Positions 1 through 12,051 of a DNA stretch of 64,000 nucleotides are shown piece by piece (within the stretch, counting starts at the first letter, position 1; each line of letters starts with the position of its first letter). The position numbers and the translations under genes were made by a program. Below the pieces are notes generated by a model. The model searched no databases and was not told the DNA's origin. It saw nothing but the letters and a program-made list of their open reading frames with translations. Source of the stretch: Octopus sinensis (Eukaryota); the NCBI RefSeq assembly GCF_006345805.1, contig NC_042997.1, positions 186,992,001 to 187,056,000 on the forward strand, read 5' to 3'.

Positions 1-469
1 AGAATAGTAGATGTTGAAAGGAATAGTGGATGGGTGCATACGCATATAAACACCTGCACTCATGCACACACACGTATACACACGTAAACACTCCCACATA
101 CATACAATTATAGATAAAATTAAATTGAAAGAAAGTAATTACCTACATAACAACCACAACCACAGCAACAACAATACAAAATACAAAGATGAAAGCAACA
201 GATCCTATAAACCGAGCTACTATTAATGGCTATTATTATATTGAGGTGCCAAAGTGCTGTAATGTAGAGTAAACAAGCTCCTGATAAGCTGTCACAACAA
301 TCTGGTTTTAACTGAAATGCAATCCCCATTTCAAATAATTTACAGTGTTAATTCCTCTGGAGAAAGCATGAATGCTGCCATCTCTTTTAGAAAATGTTTA
401 GTTTTATGATTAGGAAATGAACAAACACTACATGGATTTGATTTGTCATGTAGTACCTTGTACCAACTA

Positions 470-686
470 CCATGTGGTCCAGTTCTTGCCATGGTCTGGT
501 GGCTTGTGTATCTCGATGACACTGAGAGCTATGCCAGTGGAGTGTAATTTCCTAGAAGGACCTTCCATGGCAGAGAAGAGAAAGGATAGAGGCCAGACTA
601 AGATGGACCACCTTTCCACAGAGGTAAAAATGGGTTTATGTTAGGCTAACACCCCTACCTAGAAGGAAAGCAAAGTTACAAAAGCA
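470..686 (+). mobile_element. Probable RTE-clade LINE 5' leader remnant, interrupted by a Helitron at 687
   Basis: Runs 'ccatggtctggtggcttgtgt...ctgagagctatgcc...ggccagac...ggctaacaccc' resemble the GC-richer 5' UTRs of RTE/Expander-type LINEs; recognition only. Confidence 0.4.
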
Positions 687-1226
687 TCTGTATATATAAA
701 AGGCAGGATGTGTGTGTGTGTGTGTACGTGAATGTAATTTATGCATGTCCACAAATTAGCACACATGTCGCTCCAATTTTAGGAGGACATTCGTTATGAT
801 CCTAGCTGTATTTTCGTCAGCTTATTTTCCCCAGAGGCGCCAGTGAATAGCAGTAAAAATTAATTTTCAACCAAAACTTTTAACAATTTTCAAGTCGGAG
901 AAATCACCATTGTTTGCAAACAGGAGTTAAGTCCCATTCTAGCGACGAGTAAGTTTTTGTTAAGACTTTTGTTGTTTTTTTCCATCGAGGAAAAAGTGTT
1001 TTGTTGATATACGGGCAACACACACAGACACGAACATGTATGCAATAGGTGTACGTACATTCGTGTGTGTATGTGAGTGTGTTGCCCACGTATATATATA
1101 TAAACCAATTTCAATGGATTTCACCCAAATTTGACGTTGATGTTACTTAGTTTGGTTTGAAATAAAGAACTTGATTAGCTTAATAATTCTAACTTAATCC
1201 CGGGCAAAGCCGGGTTATACTGCTAG
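687..1226 (+). mobile_element. Non-autonomous Helitron, copy 1
   Basis: Starts TC after A686 and ends CTAG before T1227. Subterminal hairpin cccgg-gcaaag-ccggg at 1199-1214, no TSD. Second copy at 60583-61171 has the same ends. Confidence 0.82.
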
Positions 1227-1624
1227 TCAATGATAATTCAAACTTAACAAGACTTGGAACAGCAAACAGAAGTTGTTAATAGCTTATACTTTGTAGGGAG
1301 TGATGTGCTTGCATAAGTAAAGTAAGTACCATGTACCAGGTTTGAGCATCAGATACATGGCTTTGCTGTATTTGTTTTGATTCTTTGTGCTCTGAGTTCA
1401 AATCCTGTCGAGGTCAACATGTTTTGGCTCAGTATGTCCAGAGTTGAGATCACACTTTTGTCACCAAAATTGGTAACACTTGTATTAAGAGTTGATTACT
1501 TGACTGGAAGAAAAGCAAATTTGAAATGAAATTAAAAATACCTCCAGAAGGTTGACAACTCTTGAGGAGTAGTGCCAAATAAAATCTAAATATGAAAAAT
1601 AACCAATATTTAATCATTATAGAT

Positions 1625-2123
1625 ATCATCATCATCATCATCATTGTTTAACGTCTGCTTTCCATGCTAGCATGGGTTGGATGGTTCGACTAGGGTCTGG
1701 GAAGCCAGGAGGCTGCACCAGGCCCAGTCTGATCTGGTAGTGTTTCTACAACTGGATGCCCTTCCTAACGCCAACCACTCCGTGCTTTTTACATGCCAGG
1801 CGAGACTGGTAATGGCCCCGATCGGTTGGTGCTTTTTATGTGCCACTGGCATGGAGGCCAGTCGGGGCGGCGCTGGCAACGGCCACGTTCGGACGGTTCT
1901 TTTATGTGCCACTGGCACTGGTACCACAACTACAATTTCTATTGATTTTTGAGCGATTTAGATTTCACTTGCCTCAACAGGTCTTCGCAAGCAGAGTTTT
2001 GTGTCCCAAGAAGGAAAGGTATGCATAAGTGGGCTGGCTACATCCCAGGTAGAGGCCACTGGTTATGGTCTCACTTGTCCTGCCGGGTCTTCTCACGTGC
2101 AGTAACTTCCAAAGGCCTTGGTC
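1625..2123 (-). mobile_element. 5'-truncated RTE LINE (last codons of ORF + 3' UTR)
   Basis: Reverse complement matches the end of the RTE at 14159-15040 (cgtgagaagacc..gcaggacaagtgag, ggaagggcatccag.tgtagaaac, aacccatgctagcatgga, (gat)n tail). Confidence 0.85.
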
Positions 2124-3046
2124 AATCGAAAAAAATTATGATGTCAAGAATAAGATGACAAAAATAATAAGTTTTCATATTGTTTTCCCAATTAAAAAAA
2201 AAAGAAAATTTTTGCTTCAATTTTTGTTCATTTCTGAAGTTAATCACTGGAGTGGAGAAGAACCATTCTTATCACTCCTGCTAATTTTCACACAATCATC
2301 TCAGTGTCAGTTCAGATTCAGTGGATATCATCATGGTATTTTAACATTTGTATTATTTCTTTTTCTCTCTGTCTTTCTCTCCTCCCTCACTCTGCCCTTC
2401 TTTCCTTTCTCTCTCTCTATCTATCTCTCTCTCTCTCTCTCTCTTTCTCTGTCCTTTCTTTTCTCATCTTGCTCCCTACTACAACAAATTCTATTCACAA
2501 CTGATAACCTCTCGACATCCAGTGATTAAAGTTGACCTCCCAACGTCAGATTACTCACACAACTGGGTACTCTTATATAAATCTATTGACCAAACAGAGA
2601 AAAATCTATAAATTCTTGGAACAATCTCCATGCTTATCCTTCCTTATTTATTGTTTTCATTTTCCCCTTTTATTACTAGCTGTATATAGCTCAAAGAAAT
2701 TTGCTGTAGACTGATTATTTTACTAGTGACCTTCGTGATTTAGAAGGCATTAACTGCCATAAGTAAAAACAATAGCAACATGGAATAAAATCTTACTTCC
2801 TTTGGTCTTTCACTTTGATAATCTATCAAAGTTAAAATCAGAAGATTACAAGTTCAGTATTGAATTTTGTATCATATTTTCAAATCTCAAAGCGACAGTA
2901 TTCAAACATTCTCACGCCGATAACTTGTGCATAAGGATAAATAAATAATCATTAATACATGCAACTAAACCATGCTAGAGTAAGCCACATAAAAGTTGGC
3001 TCTTGAATAAGATTCTTCAAAATAAAGCTATATACACTTACCAAAT

Positions 3047-3263
3047 TTTGTGTGTGTGTGTGTGTGTATGTGCATGTGTGTGTGTGTGTGTGTGTGCATG
3101 TGTGTGTGTGCATGTGTGTGTGTGCATGTTTGTGTGTGTGTGTGTGTGGTGCGTGTGTGTGTACACATTTGTACAGGCATGTTTGTATGGTTCAGAATTT
3201 CACATCCCAGCCATGTAGTTTCAGGTTCAGTTCTACTGCATGGCAACTTGGGCAAGTGTCTTC

Positions 3264-3298
<35 letters not shown>

Positions 3299-3430
3299 CA
3301 TACAACACACATGTACTAATCTTTTGAGTTCTATTTTTCCTGCTTGTTTCATCAAACCAATATATGTATGTGTGTGTATGTGTGTGTGTGTGTGTGTGTG
3401 CGCGTGTGTGTGTGTGTGTGTGTGTGTATT
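3047..3430. repeat. (GT)n/(CA)n microsatellites around a degenerate SINE-A head (3175-3265)
   Basis: Direct reading; 'ggttcagttctactgcatggcaacttgggcaagtgtctt' matches the SINE-A head. Confidence 0.8.
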
Positions 3431-5295
3431 TATATCCTTTTCTTTGTTTCATTTATTAAATTGCAGCCTTGAAGTTAATCATATTGATTTTAGTATTTAT
3501 CTTGAAGTCTGGTACTTGTGCTTACACACACACGATACTGAATAATATTGTACTACTCTATATTTAGTTATAATGAACTTCCATGAAATTTAAGAAAATA
3601 TTTGAAGTTTTACATCTTCTTGTGTCATCAAATTTTATTTGATTTTATTATTAAATTATTTGCTAAACAAAATAATTTTATTTCTGCAACATAATTTAGC
3701 CTGTTTTATATAACATCACTTCTGTTAACTCTGAGAGGCAAAAATGAATAAATAAATGCCTGTAAAACACACACATATGTATTATATATATATATATGTT
3801 CAATGTGACTTTTGAGTCAACAGGAAATTACATATGCAACAGTAAGGACCAACTTTCTCTAAATTGTGATAACATAAGCAGCTATAGTTATTCAAATATC
3901 TTTCAGCACTTCTAAGAGGGTCAGGAAGGACATTTTATGTTCCCAAGTATACCAAAAAAAAAAAATTGCATCAAGCTGTGATCAGATTATATATAAAAAC
4001 TATGGAAATAGATTAACGCTATTATGGAAATTAAATTAAAGAAAAAAAAAACCCCGAAATGAGTGAACAAGTGCAGTTGATAAAGAACAATGATCTTATA
4101 ATTTACATTGGTTTCTTTTTTTTTTGGTTTCTTTCTATATATATATATATATATCATATATTTTTTTTGAAAGCTAAAAACCTGACTGAAAACATCAATT
4201 GATTCAAAATTTGCATTGAAAAACCAGATCATTTCCCCAGTGGTGCAATTACAAAATCTCAGATTGATGTTTGAGTAAGGATCCCACCTGCTGTTTGTTG
4301 CTCAAACACAACTGATGGAACTGTACCGATGTGACTGGTAAGACATCTGTTCAGGGAGAAAATTTATATTGCTACTGATGAAACTTATTCACAAATAATA
4401 TAAGTGATATAAGTATAATGTTTTGGTTATACCTTTAGTAAAATTAAAGGGTCTTTTAAACAGAACCTAGATAAAATTAAATATAAAGAGGCCAAATTAA
4501 AACCACTAGAGTGAACAAAATACAAACACTTTCCTGACTTCCATTTGGAAATTCTATAGTAAATTCTATACATGTGAACCCCAGCCAATAAGCTCCTGAA
4601 TTTAATATGAGAAATAACTATGTTTTTAATCTTTCATCCATGGAGATCTTTGTATGGTATTATTCTCATAATTACCACCAGGAACATCATATTGGTCATG
4701 AATGGGAAGATCAATAAGTAAAAATCTAAATGAAATTTCTTCAATAACACACTATTGGTGTAATATTTAAAGAAGCTCTCCTCTTCACATTTCTAAACTC
4801 CTAATATTTCTATAGTGTTCTAACACTCGCCTCTTCTTTTTATTAACAGTGGTTGCTCATATTAGCATGAAGAGCATAAAAATCTAGGGTGTGGAACAAG
4901 AGCTTGCGATATTCATGATTTTTTTTCCTATGCTGTTTGTATTGCAAGTATTCCAAGGCTTTGAATTAAAACTGAAGCTGTTGTGGAATTAGCAGAATAC
5001 TTACTGTATCATCAATCATGGCACCCAACCCATGGTGTTTTATAACAAAATATTACTAATGATAGCAAAACTTGTTATGTTATACTTAGATGAATAACAT
5101 AAACAAGTTTGGCATTAATGAAATCAACAGGTGATAAATACAAGCATTTTAAAACTACTGAGTGGATATTGAATTGTGTAAATTTATTCTAGACTGAATC
5201 AACAGCAAAGCTTTAGTTTAATTACTTAGATTTATCATAGTTACAACTTTCTATTGTTGACAATCTGATAGTTGAACATTACAGTAATTACCATA

Positions 5296-5329
<34 letters not shown>

Positions 5330-5330
<1 letters not shown>

Positions 5331-5437
5331 TATATATATATATATATATAATTTTGTATATATATTATGATATGTATTATGTATATATATATATCTAATA
5401 TATATATATGTAAATGCAGTATATATATATGTAAATG

Positions 5438-5480
<43 letters not shown>

Positions 5481-5538
5481 TATATATATGTACATATATA
5501 TATGTATATATATATATAGATATGTATATGTACATATA

Positions 5539-5585
<47 letters not shown>

Positions 5586-5625
5586 TATATATATATGTAT
5601 ATATATGTATATGTATATATATATA
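5330..5625. repeat. (TA)n microsatellite
   Basis: Direct reading; explains the YI-repeat ORFs. Confidence 0.95.
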
Positions 5626-6288
5626 GAAAATTTTCTTTGATGGTGGTGGTGGTGATGATTGCAATGATGGTGACAACACTCTTGGTGTTATCACAAACAC
5701 CAAGCAGCATTTTATTATTTAGGAAGTTGACTCAGTGTCATCATGCCTTTCCCAACAATGCAGCCATTGTTTCAATTCCTGTTGATTCACACCACCCACC
5801 TTCATTGAGATGTAAAAAATGAAACAGCCATGCGGTTAATATGAAAGATAATCCAATCAGAACTGGCCAATCTAATAACCACAACCACAATTGGAATGGA
5901 AAACATATTGGAAAATGATTTGATGTAGTTTATTAATATCCCTGAATATTTAGCTTTGGTCATAATGCAGGGGAATAAAGAACGCTGGAACCAGAAACAC
6001 CACAGACGATAGGGTAACAAGATGTATGGGGTTTTGTTTATTTACTTCTTCATTAGTAAGTGAAAAGGGTTGTTATTTTCAGTTAAAGCTAACTCAAGTG
6101 AATGGACTAACGTTGGTTACTTTTGCTTAGGCACACACTCTCACTCAGCTTACAGGTCAATAGATGAACATGAGAACCAGTCAATGAAAATGCCTTTATC
6201 TGATAAAATTAACAGTATAATAACTACTGCACAAAATTCACTGACAGTTAACTGACCATTCAAAAGTGCTATCTAAATTTCTCATTAA

Positions 6289-6448
6289 CCCTTTCATTAC
6301 CAACCCAGGTGAAACCAGCTCTGGCTCTGAGTACAAATGTCTTTGTTTTCATAAGTTTTGAATTAAAATCTTCCACCAAACCTTAGTCACAAATTATGTT
6401 CCTAACACTTGCTAAATGATAACTAAGTTAATTTACTAAATTCTTTGT
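6289..6448 (+). mobile_element. Possible left end of a TTAA-type (piggyBac-like) MITE
   Basis: TTAA followed by CCCTTTC; partner end not found; cut by a SINE at 6449. Confidence 0.3.
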
Positions 6449-6600
6449 AGGTGCAGAAATGGCTGTGTGGTAAGAACCACATGGTTCTGGGTTCAGTCCC
6501 ACTGTGTGGCACCTTGGGCAAGTGTCTTCTGTTATAGCCTTGGATCAACCAAAGCTTTGTGAGTGGATTTGGTAGATGGGAACCGAAAGAAGCGTCTTGC
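6449..6600 (+). mobile_element. SINE-A, 5' half
   Basis: Matches the first ~160 nt of the copy at 6967. Confidence 0.8.
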
Positions 6601-6966
6601 AACATTTTCAATAGTAGTCAAGACTATTGAAAAGATTCCAAGACGCAACAAAAATTTTCGAAAAATAAAAATAAGAAATAAGTGGAAATTTTACCGGTGA
6701 GTGTAAGGCACAAAAAGAAAATGACTCTCCCCAGACACAACAGAATTTCATATATTATCATGAAATATATTTAGAACATTTATATATTGGGCATATCAAG
6801 ATTTGATCATGATAAAAATGCATCAATTAAGCTTTACATGAAAATAATATCCTTGTCTGCTATCAGCTTAGCTAAAGATTTTCCAGCTCTAAAATATTGT
6901 AATCTAGTAGATTGATAATTTTTCAGTTAGATATTGTTTGCAAATGTTAGAAGATGGGAAAACATT

Positions 6967-7390
6967 AGGCACAGGAGTGGCTGTGTGGTAAGTAGCTTGC
7001 TTACCAACCACATGGTTCTGGGTTCAGTCCCACTGCGTGGCATCTTGGGCAAGTGTCTTCTATTATAGCCTCGGGTCGACCAAAGACTTGTGAGCCAATT
7101 TGGAAGACAGAAACTGAAAGAAGCCCGTCGTATATATGTGTGTATATATATATATGTGTGTATGTGCATATGTTTGTGTGTGTGCATATGTTTGTCCCCC
7201 CAACATCGCTTGACAACCGATGCTGGTGTGTTTATATCCCCGTAACTTAGTGGTTCGGCAAAAGAGACTGATAGAATAAGTACTAGGCTTACAAAGAATA
7301 AGTTCTGGGGTCAACTTGCTCAACTAAAGGCGGTGCTCCAGCATGGCTGCAGTCAAATGACTGAAACAAGTAAAAGAGTAAAAGAGAGTA
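6967..7390 (+). mobile_element. tRNA-derived SINE family A, full length
   Basis: Box A (tggctgtgtgg) and box B-like (ggttcagtccc) head, CORE-like 'cttgggcaagtgtctt', internal TA/TG run, 3' hairpin cagtc-aaat-gactg and (gtaaaaga)n tail; more than 15 full or partial copies in the window. Confidence 0.9.
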
Positions 7391-7480
7391 TTACAGTGTT
7401 CACTAGAAATCAAACTAAGTCACAAACCAAATTCTCATAGATCTTACTGGTAGTGCTCCATGGTACCTGTTATATATATA

Positions 7481-7899
7481 TTGCCAGCTTTGCCTTACTG
7501 GCACTTGTGCCCCGTGCTAGTAGGGTGCTAAGAGCACCATCCGAGTGTGATCATTGCTAGAGCGGCTAACTGGCTTCTGTGCCGGTGGCATGTAGGAGGC
7601 ACCATTCAAGCGGGATCGTTACCAGCATTGCCTTACTGGCACCTGTGCCGTTGGCATGTGTAAAAAAATTCGAGCGAGGTTGTTGCTAGTACCGCCTGAC
7701 TGGCCCCGTGCTGGTGGCACGTAAAAGCATCCACTACACTCTTGGAGTGGTTGGCGTTAGGAAGGGCATCCAGCTGTAGAAACTCTGCCAGATCAAGACT
7801 GGGGCCTGGTGCAGCTATCTGGTTCGCCAGCCCACAGTCAAATCATCCAACCCAGGCTAGCATGGAAAGCGGACATTAAACGATGATGATGATGATGAT
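7481..7899 (+). mobile_element. RTE 3' UTR-only copy inserted in (TA)n
   Basis: Repeated tggcacgtaaaagca modules, ggaagggcatccagctgtagaaac, (gat)n tail; TA runs on both sides. Confidence 0.85.
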
Positions 7900-8177
7900 A
7901 TATATATGTGTGTATATATATATTTAGATTTCTAAAAGCGGAAGCTCTTCTGATATCTATCATTCAATATTTAATATTATCCATTTCACTTTGATAGAAT
8001 GAAGGTACTGCTGCAGTATTTTGATCTACTCAACCAATTAATTATTGTTTTAAAGTAATTAACAATTTTGTGTTCATTTCAATCATAAACTGTCACAAAC
8101 AGAAAACACACATAAGCACACTTATAGCTTAAGACTGGTGTCACCTTTAAGTATATGATCACTAACTTTACTAAACC

Positions 8178-8577
8178 CTCTTTTTACTCTTTACTCTTTT
8201 ACTTGTTTCAGTCATGTGACTGTAGCCATGCTGGAGCACCGTCCTTAGTCGAGAAAATCGACTCCAGGACTTATTCTTTGTAAGCCTAGTACTTATTCTA
8301 TTGGTCTCTTTTGCTGAACCGCTAAGTTATGGGGACGTAAACACACCAGCATTGGTTGTCAAGCAATGTTGGGAGAGACAAACACAGACACACACATACA
8401 CACATATACATATAGACGACAGGCTTCTTTCAGTTTCCGTCTACCAAATGCACACACAAGGCTTTGGTCGGCCCGAGGCTATAGTAGAAGACACTTGCCC
8501 AAGGTGCCACGCAGTGGGACTGAACCTGGAACCATGTGGTTGGTAAGCAAGCTACTTACCACACAGCCACTCCTACT
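8178..8577 (-). mobile_element. SINE-A, full length
   Basis: Reverse complement of 6967-7390. Confidence 0.9.
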
Positions 8578-8622
8578 GTTGACTATTAATTAGAAATCAG
8601 CTTAAGCCTGTAAAAATATAAG

Positions 8623-8840
8623 TGGAACCGTGTAGCTTAGTGGTTAGGGTGTTGGACTCTTGATTGTAACATAGTGGTTTTGATTCCTGAACCAGGTGAT
8701 ATGCTGTGTCCTTGAGCAAGAGACTTCATTTCACATTGCTCCAGTCCACTCAGCTGGCAAAAAACGATTAATCTTATGACAGACTGGTGTCCCATTCAGG
8801 TAGGGGATATATATGCCATGAAACTGGCCCTTATGATGAT
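8623..8840 (+). mobile_element. tRNA-derived CORE-like SINE (family D)
   Basis: tagcttagtggttagg (box A), ttgattcct (box B), tgtgtccttgagcaagagacttcatttcac..tgctccagtccactcagctg shared with 38235-38545. Confidence 0.7.
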
Positions 8841-9956
8841 TCAAATTAGTTTTTCAAAGATAGTGAATAATATTGTAAACTGGCTGAATGGCTCATGTAA
8901 ATTCAAACCTATAGAGAATATAATTGGTAACACCAATATGACAGAGTTTTGGCAAAAAAGAAAGTGTCACAAAGGTATCAGCTAGCTTGGTTTTAATCTT
9001 TCATTGTCTACAGTCTTGTAAAAGGGAAATGAATAAATGGCGCAATGTATTATGCAGCGAGCACATTGGCCAATGCTAAACCTCCATACACAATGAAAAG
9101 TGTTAGCGCTTAAAACTATTACCAGCGAAATATTGACTTCATGCTGACGTACTCATGAAAAGGAATAATTACATTTAAGGCTTGGAAAGGATAAATATTT
9201 TTCATGGTTAACAAAAATAAATAAATAAAAATAAAAATAAACTGTAATATATAAGAACATTCATGTCTAGATATGAGTGTATCATATCTATTAATTTAAT
9301 ATGTTTTGGTGATTGGATTTTTGTTCAAATATTTGGTGTCTAAATTATGTTTATGGAATGATGCAAACATTTATGAAAATATAGCCAGATAATTGATAAT
9401 TTAGGAATCAAGGAAAATCAAACACTTTAGAGTAGTATATCAAAGGAAAGCTATCATGTAGTATCTAAATAATTTACTTTTATACATCAGGATTGAAAAC
9501 ATAAATGACACATGTAGGTGTACAATAGTTTGAATTGAAACTCTTCATTTATTTGATATCAGTTCTGATTCAATTTACAGGATTCTGTGTCCTATTCAGA
9601 GGAAAAATTTTACTATGGGTTCAGTTTATAATATTGAGATTGCTAATGCTCTTTGTCATCATGCATTGTGCACTTTTGCAGAGTGTTGATGACACTGCAA
9701 CAAAAGTCTTCCTGATTAAGCATGAGTTCTACTGGATAAAGCCATGGCATTACTTCATTTCCCACCCGTTGCTTTCGTGACAGAAACATTGGGGTGGTAT
9801 GCCATTGCTGGATGGCCATTGGCTCACAGTAAGCTTATACCATCCTTCCCTAGGTCTTGTTTATAGTCCAGCTAGGTGTGTAGACACCCTACTTATGAGA
9901 GTAGTAAACTACTCAAGTGGGGAAGCCGGTTTAGTCACCTCACACCTGACCATGAA

Positions 9957-9992
<36 letters not shown>

Positions 9993-10088
9993 GAACAATG
10001 GAGCACAATGCAGTCCTTGAATCCTGTCAAACTGAACATGGAAGTTAATGATGATGATGATGACGACGACGGCGACATATACATACAT

Positions 10089-10129
<41 letters not shown>

Positions 10130-10151
10130 TAATATATATATATATATATAC

Positions 10152-10882
10152 ATAAAAACATTCATTCTTATATTATTGCGGCGTTACGTGCACCCCCCCC
10201 GTTTGTTTGTCCAATTTTAAACCCTGCACGACTTCTATACACATTGTCTTTCCTACCCGCCATTGCTCTTCACCAAACTTTTTGGCGCCCTCCGATTCTT
10301 CCCTCTCTTCCTCCCATCCTCCTCCCCTCTTCCTCCCATCCTCCTTAATCCCTTCTTTCTCCTTTTCTCTTGGTCACTGATTCTGTCCCCTGCCTTCCAC
10401 CCTCTTGATTCCCTCTCTCTCTGTCTCTCTTTCTCTCTCTCCTGCGACCTGCTGCTTCTTAAACCATTCTGTTGGCCTTCGTATCTCGACCAACATGTGC
10501 CCACTACCGAAACGGTAATTATTTCTACGCCAGCTATGTTGTTGTTGTTGTTTTTGTCTCATTTGGTCTAAAGTCGTATGACAACCACCGTTATATATAT
10601 TTTGTTTATTCATTACTGTTTTCAATTTCGTTTTCGTCTCTTGTATTCACATCCGTCTTGTGCGTTCACATTCCTGTCTTCTACCAAGAAATCTAATGCT
10701 TACAGCTTAGTTTTTTTTTCTTGGGGCTGGCCGAGTTGGAGCAAATATCAGAATTGAACAGCCGAAATTTGCTATGATGATTCGGTGTCTGACTGAAGAT
10801 TGAAGGCTTCGAATGATTTGTCTGTGTTCCGTGTGTTCGTCCCTTCCTGTATTTCACGTTCATTATATATAAAAACATTCAT
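10152..10882 (+). mobile_element. Non-coding 730-bp element in (TA)n with terminal direct repeat; candidate non-autonomous Penelope-like derivative
   Basis: ataaaaacattcat at 10152-10165 and 10869-10882; CpG-containing, pyrimidine-rich body unlike the flanks; structured 3' end. Confidence 0.55.

Positions 10883-12051
<1,169 letters not shown>

Noticed and set aside
7001-7216. Recurrent peptide 'YDGLLSVSVYQIHSQGFGRPEAIVEDTCPRCHAVGLNPEPCGW' resembling a gene family
   Set aside because: It is the antisense translation of SINE-A; frames and starts vary among copies.
10774-10796. Box C/D snoRNA (ATGATGA ... CTGA)
   Set aside because: The boxes are only 8 nt apart, leaving no room for guide sequences; at most a K-loop.
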